DNA of 64,000 bases from an uncultured delta proteobacterium (lineage in GTDB: Bacteria; Myxococcota; Myxococcia; Myxococcales; Myxococcaceae). Under the pieces are notes generated by a model. It had not been told where the DNA came from and ran no database searches. It saw nothing but the letters and a program-made list of their open reading frames with translations. Shown here piece by piece: positions 1-11,129 of this stretch (position 1 is the first letter of the stretch; the number at the start of each line of letters is the position of its first letter). The stretch spans positions 512,001-576,000 of the forward strand of contig CAVYSY010000026.1 in NCBI GenBank assembly GCA_963771175.1. The letters run 5' to 3'. A program made the translations under genes and the position numbers.

Positions 1-107
1 CGAAGCGGTGGGATTACATCGACCCACTCCAGCGGTCACCTACTTCCGTCCGCTTCCCGACGGTGCCTGGAATCGTATGCTTCCCGCCCCCAGCGCCCCA
101 CCCGCCC

Positions 108-1039
108 TCACGCCCGGAGCATCGCCAGGGCGCGCTGGAAGTCCTCGGGCAGTGGCGCCTCGACGCTCACCAGCGCACCCGTGGCGGGGCTCGGCAGCGA
201 GAGGCGGAACGCGTGCAGCGCATGGCGGCCGATCGCCTTCGCCGCCGGGTGCGTGCGCGTCTCCTCGGGGCCGTACAGGGAATCGCCGAGCACCGGGGAA
301 CCCCGCCTCGGCCATCTGCACGCGGATTTGATGCGTGCGTCCCGTCTCCAGCTTCACCTCCACCAGCGTCGCGCCCCGGAGCCGCTCGCGCACCTCATAG
401 GAGAGCGCCGCTCGACGCGCCGAGCGCACCTTCGTCGTGAAGCGCCGCGGGTCCTTCGGGTCCCGGCCATACGGCGCCTCGAGCCGGTCTCGCTCGGGGG
501 TCTCCCCCAGCACGAGGGCCCAGATAGCGCTTGTCCACGCGCTTCTCCTGGAACGCCCGGTCGAGCGCCGCGACGGCCTCGTCCGTGCGTGCGAACGCGA
601 GGCAGCCGCTCGTCTCCCGGTCCAGCCGGTGCACCACGCCGGGCTGCGCGAGCCCCTCCACGTCGAACGGAGGCAGCCGCGCCGCCAGCAGGTCCACCAC
701 CGAGGGGACATTCCCCGAGGGCTCCACCACCAGGTCCGGCGGTTTGTTCACGATGACCAGGGATGCGTCGTCGTGGAGCACGGGCAGCTCGGGGCCCTCG
801 ACGGAGCGCCTCACCTGAGCGCGCGGCGGAGCACGCGGTGGCGGGCGGCTGAGCTCGATCTCCTCCCCACCCCAGAGCTTGCGCGTGGGCTGGCACTTCT
901 TGCCTCGGATGCGCACGAGCCCCTGCTCGATGAGCACACGCGCCCGCTCCAGCGAGAGCCCGGGCACGTGCGCCGAGAGGTACTTGTCGAGCCGATCGCC
1001 AGCGGCCTCGCGGGGGACGGAAATTTTCTGGAGCGACAT
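108..1039 (-). CDS. RluA/RluD-family pseudouridine synthase with S4 domain (two apparent frameshifts near 520 and 295)
   Basis: S4-like N-terminus (DRLDKYL), VNKP, catalytic HRLDRETSG, GRTHQIRV and LGDSLYG...ALHA motifs spread over three frames (395-1039, 40-711, 108-293). Confidence 0.9.
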
Positions 1040-1147
1040 GGGGGCTCCCTTCTACGGCGCGGCCTTCCGAGAAACCACCAGGGACTCCGGGCATCACAAA
1101 GACCCGCGGGGCCACTCAGTCTCGGGGGAGGCTCACCGTAACCTCGC

Positions 1148-1187
1148 GGTGTGTTCGAGCGTATAGAGGTGTGTTCGAGCATACAGA
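1148..1187 (+). repeat. Tandem 20-bp direct repeat GGTGTGTTCGAGC(G/A)TA(T/C)AGA
   Basis: Two adjacent copies at 1148 and 1168, 18/20 identical, directly upstream of the TVP38 operon. Confidence 0.8.
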
Positions 1188-1191
1188 GAGG

Positions 1192-1935
1192 ATGAGGGAG
1201 ACCCCGTTGGACCACGAGCATCCGGAGATGGCACGAGGAGGCCTCGGGCGATGGGCAGCGGGAGTGGCGGCGGTGGTGGCGCTGGTGCTCGCCTTCAAGC
1301 TGCTGCCCGTCAACACGTGGCTGCTGGCGCTCGTCGAGCGCATCCGCGACACGGGGATGGCGGGCTCGGTGCTGTACGTCGTCCTGTACGTGGTGGCGAC
1401 GGTGCTGGTGCTGCCCGCCTCGGTGCTGACGCTGGGCGCGGGCTTCGCCTATGGGCCCGTGTACGGCACGCTGCTGGTGGTGGTGGCGAGCAACCTCGGG
1501 GCGCTGGCCGCCTTCCTGCTCGGGCGCACGGCGCTGCGCGAGCAGGTGAGCCGCCGCCTCGCGGGCCAGCCGAGGTTCTCCGCCGTGGACGCCGCCGTGG
1601 CCGAGCAGGGCTTCAAGGTGGTGTTGCTGCTGCGCCTCTCGCCCCTCTTCCCCTTCAACCTGCTCAACTACGCGCTGGGGCTCACCCGCGTCCGCCCGCG
1701 TGACTACGTGCTCGCGTCCTTCCTCGGGATGCTCCCCGGCACGGTGCTCTACGTGTACCTGGGCTCGCTGGTGACGAGCCTCGCCCAGCTCACGCGCGGC
1801 GAGCGCCCCGACTCCGGCCCCTACGGGCAGCTCCTCTTCTGGGGCGGGCTGGCCGCCACCGTCCTCGTCACCGTGTACGTCACCCGCCTCGCTCGCCGGG
1901 CCCTGGACGCCACCCTGAAGGAGACCCCGACGTGA
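1192..1935 (+). CDS. TVP38/TMEM64 (DedA/SNARE-associated) membrane protein
   Basis: LTLGAGFAYG, LLRLSPLFPFNLLNYALGLT and GMLPGT motifs; start uncertain (1171/1192/1228). Confidence 0.9.
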   Translation: MRETPLDHEHPEMARGGLGRWAAGVAAVVALVLAFKLLPVNTWLLALVERIRDTGMAGSVLYVVLYVVATVLVLPASVLTLGAGFAYGPVYGTLLVVVASNLGALAAFLLGRTALREQVSRRLAGQPRFSAVDAAVAEQGFKVVLLLRLSPLFPFNLLNYALGLTRVRPRDYVLASFLGMLPGTVLYVYLGSLVTSLAQLTRGERPDSGPYGQLLFWGGLAATVLVTVYVTRLARRALDATLKETPT

Positions 1936-3437
1936 ATGCCCCGCATCTGCTCGACGGTGACGCGCACGACGCCGCGCTCACCGCGCTCACCCACCCGGCG
2001 GACTGGAAGAACCCCACTCCCTCGGGGCGCTACAACCTCGTCGTCATTGGCGCCGGCACCGCGGGCCTCGTGGCCGCCGCGGGCGCGGCCGGGCTCGGCG
2101 GGAAGGTGGCCCTCATCGAGCGGCGCCTGCTGGGCGGCGACTGCCTCAACTTCGGCTGCGTGCCGACCAAGGCCCTCCTCGCCTCGGCGCGCGTGGCCGC
2201 CACCGTGCGCGGCGCGAGCTCCTACGGGGTGGAGGCCGGTGAGCCCCGGGTGGACTTCGCGCGGGTGATGGAGCGGGTGCGCTCGCTGCGTGCGGGCATC
2301 GCGCCCCACGACTCGGCCGAGCGCTTCCGCGGCCTGGGCGTGGACGTGTTCCTCGGCGAGGGCCGTTTCGTCGCGCCCGACGCGGTGGAGGTGGCAGGCC
2401 AGCGCCTCACCTTCGCGCGCGCCCTCATCACCACCGGAGGCAGCCCCTCGGTGCCGGACATCCCGGGGCTCGCGGAGGCGGGCTACCTCACCAACGAGAG
2501 CGTCTTCACCCTCACCGAGCTGCCCCCCCGGCTGGTGGTGCTCGGCGGAGGCCCCATCGGGTGCGAGCTGGCCCAGGCCTTCCGGCGGCTCGGGGCCCGG
2601 GTGGCGCTCGTCAACCAAGGCGCCCGTCTGCTGCCCAAGGAGGACCCGGATGTGAGCGAGGTGCTCGCCCGGCGCTTCGAGGCCGAGGGCATCACCTTGC
2701 ACCTCGGGGCGAGGGCCACCCGCGTCGAGGCCCATGGCCCGGTGAAGCGCCTGCGCTTCGAGCGCGAGGGCGCGGAGGGAGCCGTGGAGGGCGAGGTGCT
2801 GCTCGTGGCCACCGGCCGCGCGCCGGTGGTGGGCGGACTGGGGCTCGAAGCCGCCGGGGTCCAGCACGGTCCTCACGGCGTCGAGGTGGATGACCAGCTC
2901 CGCACCACCAACCCGCGCATCTACGCGGCGGGGGACATCTGCTCGCGCTTCAAGTTCACCCATGCCGCGGATGCACTCGCGCGGGTGGCACTGCAGAACG
3001 CCCTCTTCTTCGGCCGCAAGAAGGCCAGCGCGCTCGTGATTCCCTGGTGCACGTACACGGACCCCGAGGTGGCCCACGTGGGCCTCACCTCGCGCGAGGC
3101 CGAGGCCCTCGGCGCCGTCACCCTCACCGTGCCCATGTCCTCCATGGACCGTGCCCTCCTGGACGGCGAGACCGAGGGCTTCGGGCGCATCCACGTGGAC
3201 TCGAAGTCGGGCCGGCTGCTCGGCGGGACACTGGTGGGCGCGCACGCCGGGGAGAACATCGGCGAGCTCGCGCTGGCGATGACGATGGGCCTCACCGTGG
3301 GGGCGCTGTCCAACACCGTGCTCCCCTACCCCACCCGAGGCGAGGTGCTGAAGCGGCTCGGCGACGCGTGGAACCGCCGGCGGCTCACCCCTCGGACGAA
3401 GGGTTTCCTCACCCGGTTGCTCTCCTGGCGCCGGTGA
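1932..3437 (+). CDS. Mercuric reductase-like FAD-dependent pyridine nucleotide-disulfide oxidoreductase
   Basis: GAGTAG FAD motif, GGDCLNFGCVP redox disulfide, GGGPIG, YAAGD; lacks the C-terminal Cys-Cys of true MerA. Confidence 0.9.
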   Translation: MNAPHLLDGDAHDAALTALTHPADWKNPTPSGRYNLVVIGAGTAGLVAAAGAAGLGGKVALIERRLLGGDCLNFGCVPTKALLASARVAATVRGASSYGVEAGEPRVDFARVMERVRSLRAGIAPHDSAERFRGLGVDVFLGEGRFVAPDAVEVAGQRLTFARALITTGGSPSVPDIPGLAEAGYLTNESVFTLTELPPRLVVLGGGPIGCELAQAFRRLGARVALVNQGARLLPKEDPDVSEVLARRFEAEGITLHLGARATRVEAHGPVKRLRFEREGAEGAVEGEVLLVATGRAPVVGGLGLEAAGVQHGPHGVEVDDQLRTTNPRIYAAGDICSRFKFTHAADALARVALQNALFFGRKKASALVIPWCTYTDPEVAHVGLTSREAEALGAVTLTVPMSSMDRALLDGETEGFGRIHVDSKSGRLLGGTLVGAHAGENIGELALAMTMGLTVGALSNTVLPYPTRGEVLKRLGDAWNRRRLTPRTKGFLTRLLSWRR

Positions 3438-3453
3438 TGCTCGCATGGGCCCG

Positions 3454-4104
3454 ATGACTCCCGAGGTCGCCCTCTGTGTCTTCGCCAAGCCGCCCCGCGC
3501 CGGGGAGGCCAAGACGCGCCTGACTCCGGCGCTCGGAGCCGAAGGGGCCGCCCGGCTCGCGCGAGCCTTCCTCCAGGACACCTGGGCGCTGGTGACGCGG
3601 ATGCCGTGGGCCGCACCGGTGCTCGCCTCGCCGGGGCCCTGGCCCGAGGGACTCCTGCCCGGCCCGGTGGAGGTGTGGCCCCAGGGCGAGGGAGACCTGG
3701 GCGCGAGGATGGAGCGCGTCCTCCGGCGAGCCCTGGAGCACCACCCAGCCGCCATCGCCCTGGGCGCGGACAGCCCGGGCCTGTCTCCCGAGCACCTGGA
3801 AGCGGCCCGAGCGGGTCTCGCGCACGCGGACGCGGTGTTCGGTCCGAGCGAGGACGGCGGCTTCTACCTGCTCGCGCTGCGACGCCTGCCCGAGGGGGCT
3901 TTCGTGAACCTGCCCTGGAGCCAGCCCCACACGCTGGAACACACCGAGGCGCGGCTGGTGTCGCTCGGACTCACCGTGGCGCGCGTGGCGCCGTTCTTCG
4001 ACGTGGATGTCCCCGAGGATCTCGCGCGCCTGGAGTCGGAGCTGGCCTCGGGACGACTGCGGGCCCCGGCCACCGAGGCCGCGCTCCGGGAGCTGCGGCG
4101 GTGA
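3454..4104 (+). CDS. TIGR04282/DUF2064-like glycosyltransferase (rSAM/selenodomain-associated transferase 1)
   Basis: FAKPP...KTRL, QGEGDLGARM, GADSP, GPSEDGGFYL, DVDVPEDL. Confidence 0.88.
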   Translation: MTPEVALCVFAKPPRAGEAKTRLTPALGAEGAARLARAFLQDTWALVTRMPWAAPVLASPGPWPEGLLPGPVEVWPQGEGDLGARMERVLRRALEHHPAAIALGADSPGLSPEHLEAARAGLAHADAVFGPSEDGGFYLLALRRLPEGAFVNLPWSQPHTLEHTEARLVSLGLTVARVAPFFDVDVPEDLARLESELASGRLRAPATEAALRELRR

Positions 4105-4790
4105 TCTCCATCATCCTCCCCGTGCTCAACGAGGAGCAGCGCGTGGGTCAGCGACTCGCGGAGCTGGCGGCCCTCGGGCCGGACCTCGGCGAGGTGCTCG
4201 TGGTGGACGGCGGGAGCACGGACGCCACCGTGGCCCGGGCCCGTGAGTACCCGGGCGTCACCGTGCTCTCCGCGCCCCGAGGACGTGCCTCGCAGATGAA
4301 CGCGGGAGCCGAGGCGGCTCGTGGGGACGTGCTGCTGTTCCTCCACGCGGACGTCGCCCTGCCCCCCGATGCGCCCCGGCACATCCGCACGGCACTCGAA
4401 GACCCGCGTGTCGTGGCGGGTGCCTTCAAGACGTGGACCGTGAACGACACGGGCCGCCGCTCGTGGCTCGGCCCACTGCTGCACGTCGCGGACCTGCGCT
4501 CGCGGTACACGCGACTGCCCTACGGTGACCAGGCGCTGTTCATCCGCGCCGACGTGTTCCGTCGCGTGGGCGGTTTCCCCGCGCAACCACTGATGGAGGA
4601 CCTGGAGCTGTCCAAGCGGCTGTGGCGCGAGGGCCACGTCCGCACGGTGGATGCGTGCGTCACCGTGTCCGGCCGGCGATTCCTCGCGCGGCCGGTGTTC
4701 TACTTCCTCGCGGTGAATGGCTTCCCGCTGCTGTACCGGCTCGGGGTGTCACCGGCCACGCTGCTGCGCGTCTACGCCCACGTGCGGTAG
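4101..4790 (+). CDS. TIGR04283-like GT2 glycosyltransferase (transferase 2)
   Basis: ISIILPVLNE, VVDGGSTD, GRASQMNAGA, FLHAD, YGDQALF, MEDLE, SGRRF; GTG overlaps the upstream TGA. Confidence 0.9.
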   Translation: MISIILPVLNEEQRVGQRLAELAALGPDLGEVLVVDGGSTDATVARAREYPGVTVLSAPRGRASQMNAGAEAARGDVLLFLHADVALPPDAPRHIRTALEDPRVVAGAFKTWTVNDTGRRSWLGPLLHVADLRSRYTRLPYGDQALFIRADVFRRVGGFPAQPLMEDLELSKRLWREGHVRTVDACVTVSGRRFLARPVFYFLAVNGFPLLYRLGVSPATLLRVYAHVR

Positions 4791-4791
4791 C

Positions 4792-5607
4792 TCACCCTTC
4801 GCGCCGCCGGAGGCGTTCCAATTCGGCCTGTGACTCCGCGAGGCGTCGCTCCAGCTCCTCGCGCAGCCGAGCCTCGTCCGCCAGACGCCGCTCCGCCTCC
4901 TCCAACTGCCGGGCCTCCTCGTCCACGCGTCGCTGCAGCCCCTCCACCAGTGATTCCATCCGGTCGATGAGCTCCTCGTATTCCAGCAGCATCGCGTGCC
5001 CCGCCCAGAAGCGGAGCCGCCCCTCCTCCACCTGCAGCTCCAGTCCCAGCACCTCCGAGGTGTAACGCCCTTGCGCCGGTGCGATGGGGACGTACTCCCT
5101 CGCCTCGGGCGACGGCAGCCGGTACGCCTCCAACCGCTGACGGGCCCGGTCGTAGATGAAGTACTCGGGAATCCCCAGCCGGGCGTAGCGCCTCACGTTG
5201 TACTCGGCGTCCTTCTTCCGGTCGCCGCCGACGTGGACCTCCATCACCCAGTCCAGCCCCTTGCCCTCATGGCTCACCACCCACTTCTGACGGGGGTGTG
5301 GCTCCGCATCGAGCACCGCCACCAGGTCCGGCGCGAAGCGTCGCTCGGCGGGGTAGTACACTGGCAGCTCCGTCCCCAGGTACACCCGCCGCCGTTGCCG
5401 GGAGAAGTACCCCTTGAGGGCCTGCAACGCGCCCATCTTCGCCTGGGAGTGCAGGTCTCCCTCGGGCATCGCCATCTCGTCCCACGTCACCTCCCCGGGC
5501 AGTGCTTCCACCACCCGGGCCCGCTCCTCCTGACTCATCCGCGCCCACTCTTCCCGAGAGGGCGCCCGGGGGAAGGCATCCTCTCGTCCCTGTTCGTCCC
5601 GTGCCAT
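4792..5607 (-). CDS. Uma2 (DUF820) family endonuclease with C-terminal coiled coil
   Basis: MPEGDLH, FAPDL, VMEV, YARLGIPEYFIYD; E/R-rich tail. Confidence 0.9.
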   Translation of the reverse strand: MARDEQGREDAFPRAPSREEWARMSQEERARVVEALPGEVTWDEMAMPEGDLHSQAKMGALQALKGYFSRQRRRVYLGTELPVYYPAERRFAPDLVAVLDAEPHPRQKWVVSHEGKGLDWVMEVHVGGDRKKDAEYNVRRYARLGIPEYFIYDRARQRLEAYRLPSPEAREYVPIAPAQGRYTSEVLGLELQVEEGRLRFWAGHAMLLEYEELIDRMESLVEGLQRRVDEEARQLEEAERRLADEARLREELERRLAESQAELERLRRREG

Positions 5608-5799
5608 GCCCGTCAGGGTGCGGCGAGCAGCGGGCCCGGTCAATCTCCCCCGCGGTGCCCGTGAGCAAGCGGTGGACCATGAGACACAGGCGCGCCGCTC
5701 CGAGTGAACGGGCGTGAGAAGCGCGGCGCTTCCAGGTCTTCCAAGGGCAGGGAGCGTCCCATTCCGCGGACGCCTTCCCCTGTCGAGATGGCTCGGAGC

Positions 5800-6174
5800 T
5801 CAGCCACAGCGGGGCGAGCGGTCCACCACCTCCTGGAACTCGAGACGGTTGCCGGAGGGGTCCCGGACGAAGAAGCGCTGGATGCCGGGCAGGGGCGAGC
5901 CTTCCTCGACACGCACCCTGGCCTCCTCGAAGCGGTCGCGCAGGGCGCCGAGTTCCCGGACCTCGAACGCCACGTGCCGCTTCGAGTCGGCGTTGCGCGG
6001 CTCCGGCTCGTAGGACAGGTGCAGTTGCAGAGCGCCGAGGCGGAACCAGGCACCGGGGCGCCGCTGCCCCTCCGCACGAGCGATCTCCTCGAGGCCCAAC
6101 ACCTCCGAGTAGAACCGCCGTGCGGCCTCCACATCATCCACGGCCAGATTCACGTGCGTCACGCGCCTGAGCAT
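5800..6174 (-). CDS. VOC/glyoxalase family protein
   Basis: HVNLAV..ARRFYSEVLGL, HVAFEV, FFVRDPSGNRLEF. Confidence 0.88.
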   Translation of the reverse strand: MLRRVTHVNLAVDDVEAARRFYSEVLGLEEIARAEGQRRPGAWFRLGALQLHLSYEPEPRNADSKRHVAFEVRELGALRDRFEEARVRVEEGSPLPGIQRFFVRDPSGNRLEFQEVVDRSPRCG

Positions 6175-6759
6175 CCCAAACGCGTACCACAGCCCGCTCC
6201 CTGGAGACACGCCACCAGCCGCGCCTCGTGTCTGCCTCTCCTCGGTCCATCCCTCGGTGTACGAGAGGATTTCCAATCCCTGGATGAGTCGGGGCAACTC
6301 ACCGTCCTCCAACAGGAAGCGGGCCGAGGGATGCGCGTGCCGTTGCAGGTTGCTCCGGGTGGGCTGGGCGAAGACGAGCAGTCCGCCCGGCGCGAGCACC
6401 TCGGGGATCGCCGCGAACAGCGGCCGCCAGAGGTAGTTCAAGCAAAGCACGACGTCGAAGGGCCCGGGAGGTAGCGGCTCGCGCTCCACGTCCAATTGCT
6501 GGACCCGGAGCGACACGCCCGCCTCTCGCGCGGACTCCGAGGCCCGCGCGAGCGCGACGTCCGAGATGTCCACCAGGGTGACGTCCAGGCCGCGCCTCGC
6601 GAGCCAGAGGGCGTCATGCCCGGGCCCGCCCGCCACATCGAGGGCCCGGCCCGTGCTCGGGAGCCGCTCCGCGAGGGACCGGAGGAATACGGAGGGCCCT
6701 CGTGCCTCCACCTGTCCCTGGTAGCGGGCATTCCACCTCCGCCGATCTTCCTCAGCCAT
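6175..6759 (-). CDS. Class I SAM-dependent methyltransferase (TehB-like); reads into the VOC gene as sequenced
   Basis: RWNARY, RALDVAGGPGHDA, VDISDVAL, FDVVLCLNYL; GGAGGT SD before ATG 6759; true 3' end uncertain because of a probable +1 error near 6236. Confidence 0.8.
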
Positions 6760-7019
6760 GGCACCTCCAGAGCGGGCATGACCCGCGAGCACCCGAGAGG
6801 ATGCCATGCGAGCAACGAGACGGCCCCTGGGTTCGATGCTCGCGGACACGACGACCGCTCAGGGCCCGGGCCCGTCCCCTGGAGACGGCGCGTCCCTTCG
6901 GGCCTCACGGCATGCCCGGAGGGTCATGATGGGTTCAATCCTGGAATCAATACCCTCCCGTCCGCGGGCCAGAGGATGAGGGGATCTGCCCGGAAGGAAG
7001 GTGCCGTTTGCCCCACCAG

Positions 7020-9398
7020 ATGGTCCATGGCGTTCCTGGAGAGTGGGAAGCCAAGGGGGAACACCAGCCGGTGGAAGACGAGGTCGAGTCGCGGGAGCTC
7101 GCCCTGTTGATGCTGACCCAGGGCGAGGAGGGTCCCATCGCTGGCTTGAACACCCAGGGGCACATCCAGCTCTGGAGCCGGGACGCCCAGCAACTGACCG
7201 GGCATGTGGTGGCGGACGTGCAGGGCGAGCCCCTCGGGGCCCTCTACCCGCCCGATGCGCGCAAGCTGGCCGAGCGAGCGCTGCGGCGCGCCACGCAGGA
7301 GGGACGCAGTGAGGAGGAGGGCTGGCGGGTGAAGCGGGACGGCACCCGCTTCCGGGCCCGGCAGGTGCTCACCGCCCTCCATGACGCGAACGGCCGGCTG
7401 GTCGGTTTCGCCTGCTCCCTATGCTCCTTGGAGCCGCAGGGCGTGGAGGTGGAGCGGCAGCTCAGCCACGAGCAGGCCGCGCGCGCGCGGGTCGAGACCA
7501 TCCTGGAGCAGCTCTCCGATGCCTTCCTCGTCGTGGACCGGGAGCAGCGGCTCACCTTCGTCAATCACCGGGCGACGGAGGTGCTGCGAAGGCCCCGGGA
7601 GCAGCTCCTCCACCAGCGGTTGGCGGAGATGTTCTCCGCGGACGAGCACGCCTCCCTGGTGCAGGCCACCCAGCGGATCCTCGAAGGGCAGACCTCCGCG
7701 GACTGTGAAGTGCTCCTCGATGGAATCTGGTTCGCCGGTCACCTCAGCGCCGCTGGCGAGGGCGTCTCCATCTACCTGCGGGACAACACGGAGCAGAAGC
7801 AGGCGGAGCAGGTGCATCGCCGCCTGACGTCCATCTTCGAGGCCACCCCGGACATGGTGGGCCTCGCGGATGCGCAGGGCCGGGGTCTCTACCTCAACCG
7901 CGCCGGCCGGCGCATGCTGGGGCTGGGCGAGAAGGAGGACGCCAGCGCCTGGCGCCTCGCCTCGGCCCATACACCCCGGGCCGCCTGGCGGCTGCTCACC
8001 GAGGGCGTGTCCACCGCGGTGCGCGAGGGCTCGTGGACGGGCGAGACGGCCCTGCGCACCCCGGATGGCCGGGAGCTCCCCGTCTCGCAGGTGCTCCTGG
8101 CCCACCGGGACACGAGCGGCCGGCTGGAGATGCTCTCCACCATCATGCGGGACATCTCGGACCGCAAACGCGCCGAGGAGGCGCAGCAGTTCCTCTCCGA
8201 TGCCAGCCGGGTGCTGGTAGCCGCGCTGGAGTACGAGGCCACCCTCCAGAGCCTCGCCCGGCTCATCGTCCCCCGCCTCGCGGACCTCTGTCTGGTGGCG
8301 ATGCTCGAGGGTGATGAGCTGCAGCGCGTCGCCATGGCCCACAAGGACCCGGCGCAGGAGCCGATGCTGGCCCTCCTCGAGCGCTTGAAGGTCAACCCGA
8401 ACGCGGCGGTGGGCGTGCAGGCCGTGGTGCGCACCGGCAAGCCCGAGCTCGTCCCCGAGGTGACCGACGCCTTCCTCTGGGCGACGACCGACAACGATGC
8501 GTACTACTCCGTCCTGCAGCAGCTCGGCTGGCGCTCGACGCTGACCATCCCGCTCGTCGCGCGCGGGCGGACGCTCGGTGCCTTCATCCTCGCCTATACG
8601 GACTCGGGCCGGCGCTATGGGCCTGCGGAGCTCGTGCTGGCCGAGGCCCTCGCGGCCCGCGCCGCCCTGGCCATCGACAACGCCCGGCTCTACCGCGCCT
8701 CGCAGCTCGCCACCCAGGCGCGCGATGACGTGCTGGCCATCGTCTCGCACGACCTGCGCAACCCGCTCAACGTCATTTCACTGGCGGCCAACCGCCTCCA
8801 ACGGCCCCAGTCACCGCAGCAGGAAGACGGGTGGCGCAAGCAGGTGGAGGTCATCCGGCGCTCGGCGGACCGGGCCGTGCTCCTCATCCAGGATCTGCTC
8901 GACGCGACGAAGCTGGAGGCGGGGCGGTTCACCGTGGCGCAGCTCCCCGAGGAGGTGAGTGGGCTGCTGAACGAGGCGGTGGAGCTGCACCGGCCGCTCG
9001 CCGAGGCACACTCGCTCGGGCTGGAGTGCCAGGTGGACGAAGGCGTCCCGGCGGTGCTCGCGGACAGGGGCCGGGTGCTGCAGGTGTTCTCCAACCTCAT
9101 CGGCAACGCCATCCGCTTCACGCCCGCGGGAGGCAGCATCACCCTGTGGGCGCGGAGGGAGGAGAACATGGTGCGCTTCTCCGTGGTGGACACGGGGCCG
9201 GGGATTCCCCCGGAGCACCTGCCGTACCTCTTCGAGCGCTTCTGGCAGGCCAAGGAGGGCGCACGGGAGGGAGCCGGACTGGGGCTCCCCATCGCCCGCG
9301 GCATCGTCGAGGCGCACGGCGGGCACATCCACGTGGAGAGCGCCCTGGGACAGGGCAGCACCTTCACCTTCACCCTGCCGGTGGCGGAACCGGGGTAG
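7020..9398 (+). CDS. Multi-PAS + GAF sensor histidine kinase
   Basis: PAS/PAC motifs ([16 protein letters not shown]), GAF, H-box [26 protein letters not shown]. Confidence 0.93.
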   Translation: MVHGVPGEWEAKGEHQPVEDEVESRELALLMLTQGEEGPIAGLNTQGHIQLWSRDAQQLTGHVVADVQGEPLGALYPPDARKLAERALRRATQEGRSEEEGWRVKRDGTRFRARQVLTALHDANGRLVGFACSLCSLEPQGVEVERQLSHEQAARARVETILEQLSDAFLVVDREQRLTFVNHRATEVLRRPREQLLHQRLAEMFSADEHASLVQATQRILEGQTSADCEVLLDGIWFAGHLSAAGEGVSIYLRDNTEQKQAEQVHRRLTSIFEATPDMVGLADAQGRGLYLNRAGRRMLGLGEKEDASAWRLASAHTPRAAWRLLTEGVSTAVREGSWTGETALRTPDGRELPVSQVLLAHRDTSGRLEMLSTIMRDISDRKRAEEAQQFLSDASRVLVAALEYEATLQSLARLIVPRLADLCLVAMLEGDELQRVAMAHKDPAQEPMLALLERLKVNPNAAVGVQAVVRTGKPELVPEVTDAFLWATTDNDAYYSVLQQLGWRSTLTIPLVARGRTLGAFILAYTDSGRRYGPAELVLAEALAARAALAIDNARLYRASQLATQARDDVLAIVSHDLRNPLNVISLAANRLQRPQSPQQEDGWRKQVEVIRRSADRAVLLIQDLLDATKLEAGRFTVAQLPEEVSGLLNEAVELHRPLAEAHSLGLECQVDEGVPAVLADRGRVLQVFSNLIGNAIRFTPAGGSITLWARREENMVRFSVVDTGPGIPPEHLPYLFERFWQAKEGAREGAGLGLPIARGIVEAHGGHIHVESALGQGSTFTFTLPVAEPG

Positions 9399-9423
9399 GC
9401 CGCCGCCCGGCACGGGTGTCACC

Positions 9424-10186
9424 TCAGAAGAGCGTGTCGGCGAGCTTCGCCCGCGTGTCGCCGGAGAGCGCGGTGAAGCGCATCACCCGCTCGCCCCCGC
9501 GCCACACCTCGAGGGTGCGCGGCAGCATCTCGCCCGTGGCCGGCGAGGTGTAGTCCAGGAAGCGCACGTCCCACGCCGTGCCCTGTCCCGTCCTTGTAGC
9601 GCAAGCGCGCCGGCCGGAAGCCCTCCTTGTAGACCCAGAACTGCGGCTTGCCCTCGCCCGGCGTCCCGAGCACGTACACCACCTCGCCGTCGAAGCGGCC
9701 CAGCGACGTCGTGCGCGGCTCGATGCCCAGTGAGCGCAGGTGCGCCTCCACCACCTCGCGCCCCTCCACCGCCGAGTCCGCGCGCATCGCCAGCAGCGCG
9801 CACACCTGCTGCACCGCCTCCGTCAGCGCGGGAATCTCCGTGCCCTCCAGGCGCTTGCGGCCTCCGGAAGACACCGAGGCCACCGTGTTGCCCTCCGACG
9901 CACCGTCGCCTCGAAGCGGCAGCGGCCCGGCAGCTTCAGGTACACCGAGCCGTCCGCCTCCAGCTCGGGACGGTCCGCCGGCAGGCCCAGCGCCGCCCCG
10001 GCCTCCTTCACCGCCGGGCCCGTAGAAGTGCAGCGAGCCGTCCGCCTTCAGCGTGAAGAGCTGCAGTTCCTCGCGCCCCGCCACCATGCGGCGCATGATG
10101 GCGCCGCCGGGCAGCACGTAGGCGCCCGCACTGAGGGCCGCCAGGACTCCGACGAGGATGACTATCCGCTTCAAGGGGGTGGACAT
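9424..10186 (-). CDS. Exported hypothetical protein, possibly LolA-like fold (several frameshifts)
   Basis: Signal peptide; pieces in different frames join into a coherent protein ending ...RAKLADTLF* at 9424. Confidence 0.6.
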
Positions 10187-10246
10187 ATGGGGCGCCGAAT
10201 CTAGTGATGGCCCACCCCTCCAGCAAGGCAGTTAGGATGCCCGCCC

Positions 10247-11125
10247 ATGTGGCCTCGCCTGACGCTCCTGCTCGCTCTCTCGCTCCCCGTCCTCGCCCAC
10301 GCCCAGGAGGCCGTCGCGCCCGACCTCTTCCGCAAACCACGCGCCGAGGACCTGCGTGACCTCCAGAGTGCGCGCGGCTATGGCATGGGAGGCGCATGGC
10401 GGGCCCTCGGCCTCGGCGCCGAAGCTGGCCTCGGCAACCCCGCCGCCCTCGCCGCCTTCCGCACCTACCGCGTCGAGCTCACCGGCGCCTGGGACTGGGA
10501 GGGCAAGGACGCCTCCGGCATGGTGGCCCTGGCGGACTCGTCCACCAGCGCGTTGGCCGCCGGGGTGTCCTATCAGCTCGTCTCGCTCGGCAAGGGGACG
10601 GAGCGGACCACTGCCCACATCAACACGATCGCCATGGGGCTGCCCATCGCCAACAGCCTCCTCATCGGCGTCTCCTCGCGCTACCTGCTGATGCGCGGGG
10701 CCGCGGCAGGCCAACGCCATCACCGGTGACGCCGGCATCATCTTCCGCCCGAACGAGGCCATCTCCCTGGGCGTCTCCGCCCACAACCTCATCAACACCC
10801 ACAACGCCGAGCTCACCCGCTACTACTCGGCCCACGCCGGCCTGCTCGCGGGCGTGCTGACCCTCGCCGCCGACGTGCGCGCGGACTTCGAGACCCGAGA
10901 GCCGCACCACCCTCACCTACAGCGGCGGCATGGAGTACATCTTCGGACAGAGCTTCCCCGTCCGCGCGGGCTACACCTGGGACGGCTTCACCCGCTCCTC
11001 GCAGCTCGGCGTCGGCATCGGCCTGATGACCGCGGGCGGGCGGCCTGGACCTGGCGTACCGCCACGACGTGGGGGGCGAGAAGGGACGGCTCGTCGCCCT
11101 CACCTTCAAGATGCAGGTGCGCTGA
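10247..11125 (+). CDS. Putative outer-membrane beta-barrel protein (PorV/FadL-like; frameshifted)
   Basis: Signal peptide, ARGYGMGGA...GNPAAL motif, amphipathic strands, GMEY..PVRAGY; ends FKMQVR* at 11125. Confidence 0.65.
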
Positions 11126-11129
11126 GCCT

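Noticed and set aside
1932..3437. True mercuric reductase merA
   Set aside because: No C-terminal vicinal cysteines, no NmerA domain and no mer operon genes.
5800..6849. Methyltransferase-glyoxalase fusion protein
   Set aside because: Removing one base near 6236 restores a plausible EEGRHEARLVA C-terminus with its own stop; likely an indel artefact.
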